DNA of 64,000 bases from Camelus ferus. Lineage: Eukaryota. The position numbers and the translations under genes were made by a program. Shown here in pieces: positions 1-12,170 of the stretch. How positions within the stretch are numbered: the stretch's first letter is position 1; each line of letters starts with the position of its first letter. The stretch is from NCBI RefSeq assembly GCF_009834535.1, contig NC_045697.1, positions 37,016,001-37,080,000 of the forward strand. The letters are read 5' to 3'. Below the pieces are notes generated by a model. That model was not told the origin of the DNA and did no database searches. It worked only from the letters and a program-made list of their open reading frames with translations.

Positions 1-168
1 CTTTATTTACTTTTTTGTTTTGTTCTTTTTTGTTTTGTTTTGTTTTTTGGGGGGGAGGTAATTAGGTTTATTTATTTATTAATTATTATATTTAATGGAA
101 GCACTGGAGATTGAACCCAGGACCTCGTGCATGCTAAGCACACACTCTACCACTGAGCCACTCCCCCC
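1..168 (-). mobile_element. Camelid tRNA-derived SINE (Vic-type)
   Basis: Reverse complement of a tRNA-like head (gattgaacccaggacctcgtgcatgctaagcacacactctaccactgagc) plus tail ggggaggtaattaggtttatttattt and a T-run. Confidence 0.85.
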
Positions 169-849
169 AGGAGGCTGTTTTGTTCTTTATAATGGGCTTA
201 CAAGAAACAACTCACGAGAGAAGATGTGAAGTCACAATTGATACACATGCCTTTCTCCCTTCTGGTTTTGTTGGGTATCTAATGACTCCTTGGTTCTAAA
301 AACTTCTCTGCTTTTTGTGTTTCCTCACAAAAAAGGAGCAGCTAACAACCAGGCTGGGTCATAAAAGAGTGGCCATCCTGCTCAGCGGTGGGAAATCCTT
401 TTGTGCGGCAGGGGCAGAATTGGTGGCTGGCTGACAGGTAAAGGCACTGCAGGGGGTGCCTGAACGTTGTTGCCCGGATTAACCAGCTGCCTGGATCTTG
501 ACTGCAAACCACAGGGACAGCAAATGGCTGCCTTTCACTCTGCTTCGCTGTTAAATCATACCAATATACGCGTACCAAATTTCTAGAGAATAATGTGTAC
601 AATATGGGGAACATAGTGACACCCAAAGGCACTGTCCTAGCGAGACCTGAATGGGCACAGAGGAATGTGCTCTTTCTCTTTGGGGTGTGTAGCTTGACCT
701 CCTTTTTTTTTTTTTTTTCTTTCTTTTCTTCTTTCCTTTCTTCTTTCCTTTCTTCCCCAAACAAATAACTAAAATTGCTCTTAGCAAAACTGGGAACTCC
801 ACTGGTTTTTAACACTGAAGTGTTCAGTCATAGCCGGATTTCAGGTCTC

Positions 850-1305
850 AAATAATGTCACCAGAGTCCAGCCCAACTCTTGGCTAGACTTTTCCCTATG
901 TTGGCCTTGCCATCAAACAGACCCTTCTTGGAAAAGTGAAGGCCAGTGGAACAGCCGGCCTAATCTTCAAAACTTGCACTTAGCAGCACAGAGAGTACCC
1001 ATTGCCTGGTCCCTTCAGCAAAAGTTGTGGGACTGGCTCAGAGCCAGGCTGACTGGGTGGAATGCCATCCCTGAACCAGTCACAGTGGCTGGGGAGGGAG
1101 GCAGGGTGCATGGTTGCTCTGGTTGGCTGGATCTTAGTTAAAGATCAACACAAATATCTGAGATTGTGGTCGACTCCACCTATCTCGGTTGCAGGGACTG
1201 AGAGTCACAGGGGAAGGGGTAACATGTCCAGAGAGAAAGGAGGGATGCCATTACCCCAAGGAGAGTGAATTAATGCTGGGCAGGCTAAGAGAAGCAATAC
1301 TCACA
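850..1305 (-). mobile_element. Old MaLR LTR (MLT1-like) fragment
   Basis: Degenerate MLT1-like motifs (catccctgaaccagtcacagtggctgggg; atgctgggcagg); boundaries approximate. Confidence 0.5.
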
Positions 1306-2569
1306 TTATCCCACAATATGAATCTCTTCATTGAGAACAATAAGTGAAGGAGGACTGGGCAAGCAGAGAGGACCAGGGGATTAACACGTATAGGTTGGAT
1401 CCTTCACTAACCCAGGATTACCTTGGACCAAGTACTAAATCAGCTGTCCACATCTCTCATTATTGTCATCATATCACAAATTAGAATTCTTACAAATCCT
1501 TAGAAAGCTGCTCCTTACAATGAGTACACAGAGTTTTTGTACACTATTGTTTAAATGTTGAAAAGGGTTCCTTTTTTTCTTCTTTCACTGCATTTTGTCT
1601 TTTCATGGTGTGCAATTTTGCTGCATTTATAATCATTATGTACTTTGTTTTGGGAGAAAGCATTTTGTCATAAAAGCTTTTCATACAACCAGAGGAATGA
1701 TCAGCTTCACTATCAATATTCTACCACAACCTGTTTTTTTCCCTTGAGATTATTGAAAATCAGTTGCAAAACTCAGATATATAGCAATTGAAAAAGAAAA
1801 CTGAAAGCAATTAGATTCTCTTAATCGAGAAATAATTAATTTGTGCATGACAATATTACATACTATAAAAGAGACTCCATGTATTCCTCTCCCTTTTCCT
1901 TTCACAGTTATCATTTAAATCTAGCTTTGTTTGTGATATAATAATGTAGAGCTTGTGCACAAAGTGAGACTAAACTAACGCAAAGACTTCCCTTATGAAT
2001 AGGAAAAAATGAATGTTTTTTTTTTAATTTAAAGGAAACTGTATTTAAAATGAAATTTTTGGAAAATATAATAAAGTCAAATATAAATATTGTGAACTAG
2101 ATGTTTCTTAAGAAACTTCTGAAATGAATAGTCACCATCTGGAACTATTTACAATGAGAAGAAGGTAAGCATGCACCTGCTCCTTTCTTTAAAAAGATGT
2201 AATCTCTGTACCAAATTATAAACAAGTATGGTAGTTTCCATAAAAATGCAATATTCAATTTGCCAAACTGTTTAGAAAAATATTGATAAGAAGGCAGATG
2301 GTTTATAAAAGTGTGCTTCTAAAAGGCTTAGTCTGTTTTCAGATTTCTTTGCTTACGTGTAATTTTTAAAATCTAATACTCTTCAAAGTGAGTGCATGTT
2401 CTACATTTTTAAAGACAAGCACAAACCTGGATGGACACTGCTACTGCCGCTGCCACCACCTCACTCAAGATGTTGATTTGCCCTGGACCACAATTTAGAT
2501 CCTCCACAATATGTATTGAACCTATAATCCTTACAGCTTTGATAGAGTGACTGCTTTAGTGGCTGCCTT

Positions 2570-2930
2570 AATGGCTTCCTGTATCCACATCCTTTGCGAT
2601 ATGTCATTGCAGCAACTTGCACAAAGAGGTGGAGTCTTTTCCCCAATCCTCTGAAGCAAGGCTGCATTTGTGACTTGCTTTGGCCAACAGAACGAAGGAG
2701 AAGGGGCCGCGTACCAGCTCCAGGCGAAGACCTCCAGAGCCTTTGTATACTTTGATCTTCTTTCCTGGAGCCCTGCCACAGCCCTGTGAATGAGCCCGGG
2801 CTAGCCTGCTGGACGATGAGACCACATGGAGGAGGGTCCAGGTATTCCTGCAAAGGCCATCCTAGAACAACTCACAGCCAACCAATTCCCCATCCTGTGA
2901 GAAGGACAGCCAAAATCAGCAGAGTTGCCT
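2570..2930 (+). mobile_element. MaLR LTR (MLT1F/G/H-like) fragment
   Basis: tgtgacttgctttggccaacagaa and gcccgggctagcctgctgga motifs typical of MLT1 LTRs. Confidence 0.6.
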
Positions 2931-3498
2931 GTATCACAGTCCTTAGCCTTTTGCCTACACAAGGCTTTTCATTTCTCCATGACTAATGAATGACAGGGGG
3001 TGATGCAAGTTGCTAAAGGATTTTGAGAGCTTCTGGCTGCTGTCCTGGAGACAGGTACAGCTGCAGGGATATAGTTTAAATGTGAAGATGCTGGAATTTA
3101 TAGGTAGATCTTGATATGCAGGTTGGATGCTCTACATACATGAAATAGGAAAAACACACTGAGTGGATGTAGAAATATGGTTAATTTGCTGACGAGGATA
3201 ATCTTTTAATAATTTCAGCATATTTTTAAATTTAATTATAACTGAAGCTAATCTCTGCTGAAATCCATTCTTTCTAAAAGTGAATTCTTATTTCTGAAGT
3301 TGGTTCCACATGCTATGTATTCTTTTAAAATATTCAATTATTACTTATGAATTAATTCTACTTGTTTCCTAGCTAATTCAGCTTTATTAGAGTAGGTTTA
3401 CTATAATTGTGTTGTATTAACTCCATTATCAGACTGACCTGATAGCTATTAAAGCTGAATTTCAAAGGATAAAGCAATCAAAGGTTATTTTTTGTATT

Positions 3499-3953
3499 TG
3501 TGATGATCATTGCTAGTTATTTCCCTGGCATTCATCTTCCACTTTTCCTCTAACCATACTCCAAAATTTCTTTCCCCAAGTCTTGTGATTTGGGTGGGAA
3601 AAATCTTACTACAGATTCCAGGGATAGGCTGATTGGCTTATATCCCATGGCCTCATGTGTTGGTTCTGGGGTGAAGCACAACACAGTCAAAGCTAATAAA
3701 ATACAAGGAGATGCTTGTTGGACTTCCAGTGTGGAGAAGCTTGCCTGTTTCCCTGCATGGTGTGAGAAATGGAATTATGGGAGTTATTTTTCTATAAGAG
3801 TTGCAGAGGGCCACAAAATGGAGCCTAAGGATGAGGCTCTACCACAGAAAGCAAGTAAGAGAGAGAGGAAAAAAAAAACAAAAGCTCCTTGGAAACATTG
3901 TTTAAGGGGCTGGATACAGCTTTGCCTGAAGTTAACATTGCTTCTGGAGTTTT
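3499..3953 (+). mobile_element. MLT1-type LTR, 5' part (split by the ERV)
   Basis: Ends ...ctggatacagctttgcctgaag...ctggagtttt; continues after the provirus at 12726-12819. Confidence 0.6.
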
Positions 3954-4349
3954 TGTCCCTGGTAAAGCCCATTAACAATTCCCAGGAAATAAAAATGGAA
4001 TCTGAGTAATAAAATAAAGTCTAACCTTTTTCTTCCTTTGTGCTTCACCTAGTTTCACTAGCTCATCTGGTGCTGTGTGCAGAGGCCTCCCATAGCCCTT
4101 CAGACCAGAGATCCTCCTGCAGAATGGCTGCATTGACAGCTCAGTTGTCGGGGGGAGATGGGGTGTGTGCAGAAGCGTGCACCTGGCACTGAGCTCATCC
4201 CTCCACCCCCTCCCCCTTCTGGCTGATGAGAACCCTATAAAGCAGCCCCCACTACGGCTGCCTGGAGAGCGTGGACCCCAGAGCGTGAGCTCACACCTCT
4301 CCATTCTTTGATCCAAGAATAAAGCTTTCTTTTGCCTCTGAATCTCAGT
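3954..4349 (+). repeat. 5' LTR (U3-R; U5 end and PBS apparently deleted)
   Basis: Aligns with 12171-12652; TATAAA 4236-4241, AATAAA 4318-4323; homology to the 3' LTR stops at ~4349. Confidence 0.88.
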
Positions 4350-6378
4350 TGCTGCCACCACACCAGGGCTTTTGCCCCCCTCATTGACCTCCAGGCTCAA
4401 CATAGCCTTCTCCATAGTCACTTTAATCTGGTAAAGGAAAGTGGGCAGCCCTGTGAGCCTACAGGCGAGATGAGGAAAAGGCCCAGGTAATGAGGACCAT
4501 CTGACAGATGGAATGAGGACACTTGATGCAAATTCAGGAAAGGTCCTCAGGGATGCCTGAGTGTAAAAGGGTCTCAAGTAGGTAGTGACGGGTGACTTGA
4601 CCTCTCTTCCAGTTAGCACTGTTCTCTCTGAAGGGAGTTGGGGTGCCCTGTGAGCCACTTGTAAGACCAGGAAACCTGGCTCAGGAAGCCCTGTGAGCTG
4701 CTGGCAAGACGAGGAAATTGCAGACTGCCTGACCACTGTTCTTAATCCTCAGGGCTCCTCCCCCCTCTGCTTGAGAGTGAGGCTTGGGTGATTCTTACTC
4801 CACCGAGGTCCCCCTGGCTCTCCTCCCAGTTTCAGCACAAAGTGTCAACTGCCCGAGCGATCTTGTGGGTACCCTGTGGGATTCCCTTGCATTCTTAGCC
4901 CTCACGTGGTGGGAGATCCAGAAATTCCCTCTGAAAACAGAGCCACTGCGCTGCTCCCTAATGGACCACAGGGGTGGGGAACTGGAGGCGCAGGAGCTCA
5001 GGCCCTGAAGCCTCCTGCAGCACATTCTGAATGAAGGACTTACATCTCAAGCATGGTCCATTACAAATTCAAGGGGGACCCTCAGTTATATCAGAGTCCG
5101 CACCACTTGGACGCCTCCTATTTGGGCCTTTGAGGAATCCATGAACAGTTGGTTCTGGTTCCAAATTCCTGAACTGGAAATCTTCTTTGGGTCAAATCTT
5201 GTGGTATTTGCCTGCCAACAAATCACTCCAACTGAGGGGTAGTTGAAAGCAAATCCAAAACAGAACATCTAAGGTATGGGCAATCCATTACGGTGTATTT
5301 TGCAAAATTGGAAGTTTTTCAGGTATCATTCCCTGACCCAAAAACATTTAATCCTCCTATGTAATACAGCCTGGCTCCAATGCCAGCTGGGAGATGGGGA
5401 AAGTTGGTTCATCAATGGGTCTCTAAATATTACAGCACCATTTTATAATTGGACCTGCTATGCCAGACACAAAGGAAATGGGATGGAACTCCCCATAATG
5501 AGTTTTTCATGGCCTTATATATCCGAGTAAAGGCCTTCAAAAGGGATATGGGCTCTCCTCCACTGAGGTAATACCAGTCCTTGACCCTCCTCCTGAAGAC
5601 CTTCTTGATCTCCTCCCCAGCCCTCCTCCTCCCTGCCACCTTCCTTCATATGTCCTGATTTGTGCCACCGGCCAGAGGAACCCCCTCCAGACCAGCCCCC
5701 TGCCCCAGAACCCAGCAGCAAGTACAGGAAGCAGGACTGATCCCAGCCAGGGTCCAACAACCCACTAAGAAAAGTATTCCCTTTGGGCAGGTTCCTGATG
5801 GAGGAGGACACATCCAGGTGTACGTCTTGTTTACCACTTCCTACATGTGTAACCGGAAAAGTCATAGTAAGGGGTTGAGGGAGAGTCCAGAGGGGTTCCT
5901 GAATCTAATTAGAAGAATCTTTCAGACCCATGACCTTACCTGGGCTGACATCCAGAGCCTCCTCAATGTAGTCCTACCACAGAAGAAAGGGCCAGAGGAA
6001 AGTAAAGCAGCAGACAAAATGCAGGTCATGCTATTTTCAGACTGGAGAACCAAGCAGTCCCAGATTACAAATGTAACTGGGACCACTAAGACACTGAGGA
6101 AGGGAGAGGCAGACAGAGGCTGACCCATTATAACAGCAAGATCCTAAAGGGAATCCAGGCAGCAGGAAAGAAGCCTGTCCATTGGAATAAGCTGAAGGAA
6201 ACCAATCAGGAGCCAAGGAAAACCTTTCAGCATTCCTAGAGCGCCTCAGGGAATGCCTCGGAATCTACACTTCCACTGACCTTGAGTCATTGGAAGGGAA
6301 TGCAATCTTGAGGTCATAATTCATTTCCCAAAGTGCCCCCCAACCTTAGGTGTAAACTTCAGAAACTGGAATTAGAAC

Positions 6379-6510
6379 TGTTGTCGAACCCAAGTTTGTG
6401 TGCTCAAAGCACAGTGAGGCCAAGCAATCTGAAACATCAGAGTCTGGAGCAGAGAAAGGTTTACTGCAAGGGCCAATCAAGGAGAGTGGGTGACTTGTGC
6501 TCAAAAAGCT

Positions 6511-6553
<43 letters not shown>

Positions 6554-6987
6554 TCCTCTGATTGGTTAGTGGTGAGGTAACAAACAGTTCAATCATCAGC
6601 CTTCTGGTTCTGACTACTCGGGGGTCCACCGGCTTGTGCTCAGCCTGAAGTTACCATCGTCTACCTGCGTGGTGGCCTTAGTTCCTGTAGAACACTCAGA
6701 GATCTGTGTCAGATTATATACGTCCCTTGAGGAGGAACCAGGACCTTGCTTGAGGAGGACCTTCCCCTTGAGGAGGAACCAGGACCATCACTGCGCTATT
6801 GTTTCTTGATTGCCTTTCCTTTGTTTCTGCATTTCTTCACTTCTCTAATTCATAATTGATTGAATCTGACCTTTGGAACTCAGGGAAGGTCTAAAAGGCT
6901 GAAAGCCTTTTTCCTACAAATGAGGAATGGGGGACACTGAAAGGCTTCTGTACCCAGGAGGGTCCCACAGGGTTCCGCTCAGTTTCA
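6379..6987 (-). mobile_element. Solo ERV1-type LTR inserted antisense in gag
   Basis: TG...CA ends, near-TSD GAAC/GAGC; gag reads LQKLEL before it and EPDTPTSCLVEVAYWVFN after it; internal direct repeat cccttgaggaggaaccaggacc. Confidence 0.85.
6513..6549. repeat. (TG)n microsatellite inside the solo LTR
   Basis: About 18 TG units. Confidence 0.95.
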
Positions 6988-7352
6988 GAGCCAGACACCC
7001 CTACCTCTTGTCTGGTTGAGGTTGCCTACTGGGTGTTTAATATCCAAGATATAGAGGAGGAAAAGCCAGAGAATAAAAAGGCCTGGAGCAAGCCCACCTA
7101 CTAGCTGTTGCCCTCCAATGCCAATCAGTCATCAGGGAAATCTAGACCTGTGGAGACTCAGCTCTGTGAGCGACCCCCGGCTCCCACCAAGAGATAGCAA
7201 GCCAAGGAAACTAAGACCCAATCAGTGCACCAAATGTAAACAAAAGGGACTCTGGAAGGGAGAATGCCCTCACCGTGCCAGAAGAGGGGATGGAAATGGC
7301 AGAGCCCAGCCACTACCCTTGAAGGCAGATGGTCCAAAGAGATGAAGAATGA

Positions 7353-7730
7353 TGGGTCTAGGGGATTCAAAGCCGGCATTTCGACTGACCCCGAGGAGCC
7401 CTGGCTGATGTTGGACATAAAGGGAAAGCCTGTGAAATTCTTAGTCAACACCAGATCAGGAAAACCTAGTCACAAGATTTGTAAAATTATGACGGTATTA
7501 AGGAAGGCCCAAGACCAGGCATTCATAGAGCCATGAGGAGCAAATTGGATGAATACACTCTCACCTATTTTTTCCTATACTTTCTGGAATGCTCTATACC
7601 CCTGCTAGGAAGGGCTATCTTACATAAATTGAGAGCTACTACCCTCCTAACAGGAGACAAACTGGAGACTGATATCCCCTTAGACAAAGGGCACAAGATG
7701 ATGATGTTAATGGCTGAGGACAAACCTCCC
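7353..7730 (+). pseudogene. pro: ERV protease remnant
   Basis: EEPWLMLDIKGKPVKFLVNTRSG (DTG site degenerate, now NTR) and ECSIPLLGRAILHKL. Confidence 0.85.
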
Positions 7731-9063
7731 TAGACAGAGCACATTGACTCCCATGGAGTAAATCCCGAGGTCTGGGCCCAGGGATGGGTGGGACAAGCTC
7801 TAGGAGCCATCTAACACCCACCTAAAACCCAGACATACATGGCCCAGTAGCAAACAGTATCCTCTCCATCGGGAGGCCTTGTGGGCATTGCCCCTGTTAT
7901 ACAGGGCCTGATGGACCAGGGCTTATTAGACCACGCCAATCAGCCTGTAACAGCCCATTCTCCTCATAAACCCAGCTGAAGAGTGCTGGATGGTACAGGA
8001 CCTCGGGGCAGTCAGTGAAGCCACTAAAGATATACATCCAGTAGTTTCTAATCCCTACACCCTACTGGCCACTCTACTGTCCACTAGAACCTAATATTCT
8101 GTATTAAATTTAAAAGATGCCTTCTTCTGTATTCCATTAGCCCCAGAATCACAGGAAATTTTTGCTTTTGAGTGGCAGGACCCAAATACGCAACCACAGC
8201 AACAATACTTCTGGACAGTTCTGCCCCAAGGTTTCAAAAATCCCCTCAACCATCTTCAGGGAAACTTTAGCTAATGACCTAAAAGATCTACATCTGGAGG
8301 AGGGTTCCAGATGTAAGTGGATGACACTCTGATTGCCAGCCCTACTCAGGAGGCCTCTGACAAAGATTCTGTAACCACCCTGAACCTCCTAGCTGATAAA
8401 AGATATAAGGTGTCCAAGAAAAAGTCTTAAATCTCAAAAGCTAGGTGACCTACCTAGGCTTCATTCTCACGGAAGATCAGAGAAGCCTACCCCAGGAAGG
8501 GAAAGAGGCCATTTGCAGCCTCACCTCTCCTAAAACTGGAAGACAGCTTAGGGGTTTCCTGGGGGTGGCTGGGTTTTGCCACATCTGGATCCCTAACTAT
8601 GGTCCAATAGCAAGGGCTCTATACAAAAAATTGAAAGGAAAGGATGATGATCCTTTTGAATGGAATTCAGAATGTGAGGGATCTTTCAAACATTAAAAAA
8701 GCGATTACTTCAAGCCCCTGCCCTGGCCCTCCCAGACTTAGCTAAACCTTTTGATCTTTATACTCATGAGAGAAGAGGAATCACCCTTGGAGATATTAGC
8801 TCAAAGACTGGGATCCCTTAGTTGTGTGGTTGCTTATTTCTCTAAACAATTAGATCAAATGGTTAAGGGATGGCCTTCTTGCTTCTGGGCAGGAGCAGCT
8901 ACTACAGCCTGGTTAAAGGAGGCTGAAAAGTTAATAGTCAATCAATGGTATGGATGCCACACCAGGTTCAGGCTTTAGTAAGTTCTAAACGAACAGAATG
9001 GCTAACCCTCAGAAAGCCGATTCAAGTTCAGGCTGTGCTTTTAAACAGCCCATTAGTGACACA

Positions 9064-9630
9064 CTTGCAGCAACATGGATGGACCTAGAGATATCATACT
9101 AAGTGAAGTAAGTCAGACAAAGACAAACATCATGTGATATCACTTATATATGAAATCTTGGGAGAAGGGTATAGCTCAAGTGGTAGAGCACACACTCAGC
9201 ACCCAGGAGGTCAGGGGTTCAAACCCCAGTACCTTCTCCAAGCAGAAATCAGTGAAGAAGCATAATGACCTCCCCCTCATATATATGAAATCTTTTAAAA
9301 ATGGCACAATATGAACTTATTTATAAAACAGAAATGGATTCACAGACACAGAAAACATATTTATGGTTATGGGGTGGGGAAGAGGGAGGGATAAATTAGG
9401 AGTTTGGGATTAGCAGATACAAACTACTATATATAAAATAGATAAACAACAAGGTCCTACTGTTTAGCACAGGGAACTATATTCAACATCTTATAATAAC
9501 CTATAATGATAAAGAATATGAAAAAGAACATATATATATAACTGAATCACTATGCTGCACACCAGAAATTAACACAACATTGTAAATCAACTGTACTTTA
9601 ATTTAAAAAAAAAAACAAAAACCAAACAGC
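9064..9630 (+). mobile_element. 5'-truncated cetartiodactyl-type L1 3' end inserted in pol
   Basis: gcagcaacatggatggacctagag...aacaacaaggtcctactg...gcacagggaactatattcaa...acacaacattgtaaatcaact followed by an A tail. Confidence 0.88.
9160..9279 (+). mobile_element. Camelid tRNA-derived SINE nested in the L1
   Basis: gggtatagctcaagtggtagagc...ggttcaaacccc head; perfect 15-bp TSD TATATATGAAATCTT at 9145-9159 and 9280-9294. Confidence 0.9.
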
Positions 9631-10339
9631 ACAAAGAACCTCTCACGCACTAAATCCTGCCACCCTGCTACCCTCAGAAATGGGGCCCCTGCAGTATGAT
9701 TGTATAGAAACCATAGCGATGATCTATCCCTGTTGCCCTGAACTGGAAAGTGAGCATCTCCCAAACACTGATGAGGACTGGTTCACAGATGGGGTCAGTT
9801 TTTGGAGAGAGGGAAAAAAAAGCTGCTATATAAAGTGATCTCCCAGACTCAGGTCATAGAGGCATGAAGCCTACCCCCAGGGACTTCTGCCTAAAAGGCT
9901 GAGCTGGTAGCCCTCACCTAAGCCTTATAGGTCAGGACAGGGAAGGTTTTAAGTGTTTACACAGACTCCCAGTATGTGTATGCCATCCTATGCACACATG
10001 GGGCTATTGGAAGGAAAGAGGTATACTGACTGCAGAGAATAAGCAGGTGAAACATGGCTTGATCGTCTTGAGACTCCTAGAAGCAGTGCAACTTCTGAAA
10101 AAAGTGGGAGTGATTCACTGCTGGGGTCATCATAAAGAGAATACAGAGGTAAATAAAGGAAAACAAAGCAGATGAAACTACCAAAAAAAAAAAAAAAAAA
10201 AGGCAGCCCTAGATCCAGTAACTTGGCAGCTACCCCTCATACCTGAGAGGCCAGATCCATCTAATGACTTCACAGTCAATACAGAGGAAGAATTAGACAA
10301 AGCCCAGAGACGGGGCTTCAGTAGACATCTAGGATGCCA

Positions 10340-11420
10340 TGGGTGGCTAGTTAATGAGCAATGGCAATACTTTCCCCAAACCACAGACTGTCAAGGGAGG
10401 CTTGTATAGGTACTTGTTACGGGAGGGAAGCCCAATGTAACTGGCTAGTTGAGATCATGGTAACTCCTGGCATGAAAAGTATACTCGGTCAGATAGTTGA
10501 GACCTGCTGCATCTGCCCAATGAACAGCGCCAACACCAGACTCCCCAGAGGCCCCCAGATAAAGCCCATTCAGACCAGAGGGACATATCCTGAGGAAGAC
10601 TGGCAGACTGATTTTGCTGTCATGCTGAGACATGACAATACCAGCACTTTTAGGTATCTCTTGGTGCTAGTGGACATATTTTCAAGGTGGGTAGAATCTT
10701 TCCCCACTAGAACGGAAATGGAAATGGCAGCCCAAATGACTAAAGTATTACTAAAAGAGATAATCCCCAGGTTTGGGCTCCCAGGATCCCTACAGAGTAA
10801 TAATGACCCAGCATTCCTTCTTCCAGTAACAAAAGGAATAACAGGTGCCCAGGGCATAAAATGGACCTTACACTCAGCCTTGAGACCCCATCATGGGGGA
10901 AAGTAGAGCGATCCAGTCAGACCTTATAATGGGCCTTAGCCAACCCAACTGTGTCAGGGGAACTCAAGAAGACTGGATCAAGTTACTCCCAATTGCCTTT
11001 CTCTGTATGTGGTTAGCCACAGGGGATACGTTATAGTTAAATTTGAACTCATATATGGTAGACCCATCCCCCAAGCCCGAGAGAAGGGACACCTTAGCCC
11101 CCTTGAAATGGAACAACTCAATATGCCCTTCAGGTAGGAGAAACCATGAAAGCCCTCCGTGCATGTGGTAACCAGGTGCTGCCTGCACCCACTGACCCGG
11201 CCCTCCCCTTCTGGCCAGGAGACTGGGTGCATCTGAAAACCAGCAGCCCATGAGATCAGCTCACTCCTAAGTGGAACGGAGCCCACTTAGTGATGCTAAC
11301 CAGCCATTCTGCCCTGACATTGCAGGGGATCACTCCGTGTGTACATCACACTCGAGTGAAGAGGGTCCCTGAGCTCCAACCTCCAGAGAGACAACCTGGG
11401 GCAACAGACCCTCTTAACTA
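10340..11420 (+). pseudogene. pol: ERV integrase remnant
   Basis: ETCCICP, WQTDF, YLLVLVDIFSRWVESFPT, LLKEIIPRFGLPGSLQSNNDPAF (second catalytic Asp lost), KVER, and a C-terminal PKWNG...HHTRVK segment. Confidence 0.92.
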
Positions 11421-11469
11421 CTGATTTGAGCCTCTCTCTGAAACTTCTCTTCCTGAAAAACAATAAAAG

Positions 11470-12080
11470 TGTCCCATAAGGACAGACTACTAATTATTGG
11501 AATCAATGCACTAATAGGGGTGCTAGTGACGTTGGCCAGGTGAACTGTATATAACTCTGTTACCACAAAAAAGAAAGGTAACAGCCACGATGATGTTGGT
11601 GGCCCATGTGACCAGTCTTGACTTCAAGCTGTTACAGAGAAGTCCACTGCCTTCCTGGCCGGTATGGTTGGATAACCAAATTGCCCTAGATTATCTGTTA
11701 GCTCCCCAGGGAGGGGCATGCACTGGCCACTGTGCTGTTTTGATGTAAGTGGACTAATTTATGAAAGCACAGACAACTGGAAAAAGCAACCTGGCTGGCA
11801 GAAACCAGGCTGCATAGTCTGGATGAACTAACATGGAGCGAGGGTAATCAGGACCTCTCCGGTGTCACCGGGTTCCTACCTCTCCTGTGCCCTTAATGAC
11901 CATTATTGTCTTGCTAATGTTTGGGCCTCACAACCTAAATCACCTGGTGTTCTGTGTCTCTAAAGATTAGACAAATGGTGGCGGCTCAGGGATACAGACA
12001 GTCAGGGCTGAGTACTGGTGACAACCCAACACATCTAAAGGCAGCTGGCGGGAAGCTCTGCTCCTCTCCCCAGGGTTAGG
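11470..12080 (+). pseudogene. env: ERV env remnant: TM subunit only, SU largely deleted
   Basis: Immunosuppressive-domain-like LDNQIALDYLLAPQGGAC at 11668-11721; hydrophobic anchor FLPLL...IIVLLMFGP ~11873-11927. Confidence 0.8.
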
Positions 12081-12151
12081 ACGATGCCCCAAATCAGCAG
12101 GAATCAGTTACAGAAGACGGACTTGTGCCTCTGAAGAATGAGGAGCAGGAC

Positions 12152-12170
12152 AAAAGGCAGGGGAGGGATT
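12152..12170 (+). other. Retroviral polypurine tract
   Basis: AAAAGGCAGGGGAGGGA immediately before the TG start of the 3' LTR. Confidence 0.8.

Larger units (their letters stand above)
5276..7352 (+). pseudogene. gag: ERV gag remnant (MA, CA, NC), frameshifted and interrupted by a solo LTR
   Basis: MGNPLRCILQNW...LLCNTAW...INGSLN (matrix); THDLTWADIQSLL and ENLSAFLERLRE (capsid/MHR); CTKCKQKGLWKGECP zinc knuckle with His replaced by Leu (~7226-7270). Confidence 0.9.
7760..10330 (+). pseudogene. pol: ERV reverse transcriptase/RNase H remnant, interrupted by L1 + SINE
   Basis: [40 protein letters not shown] now stop-VDD (8314-8325), LRGFLGVAGFCHIWIPNY, VAYFSKQLD, WFTDG, YTDSQY, HCWGH. Confidence 0.93.

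Noticed and set aside
342..815. Lys/Glu-rich minus-strand ORFs
   Set aside because: Produced by the T/C-rich simple repeat at ~700-760
2090..2170. Isolated strong donor AAG|GTAAGC suggesting an exon
   Set aside because: No convincing acceptor, ORF or partner exons; cannot be supported without RNA data
3972..4736. 254-aa antisense ORF across the 5' LTR/leader
   Set aside because: Starts at GTG, has no recognisable domain, and lies in decayed LTR sequence; likely chance
9160..9240. tRNA-like sequences (also at ~100, 18300, 54210, 62660)
   Set aside because: These are SINE heads with tails and TSDs, not tRNA genes
10361..10906. 181-aa integrase ORF as a domesticated gene
   Set aside because: Second catalytic Asp is lost and a frameshift precedes the Glu; consistent with neutral decay
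11668..11930. Syncytin-like captured env
   Set aside because: SU is missing and the TM frame is broken; no long ORF
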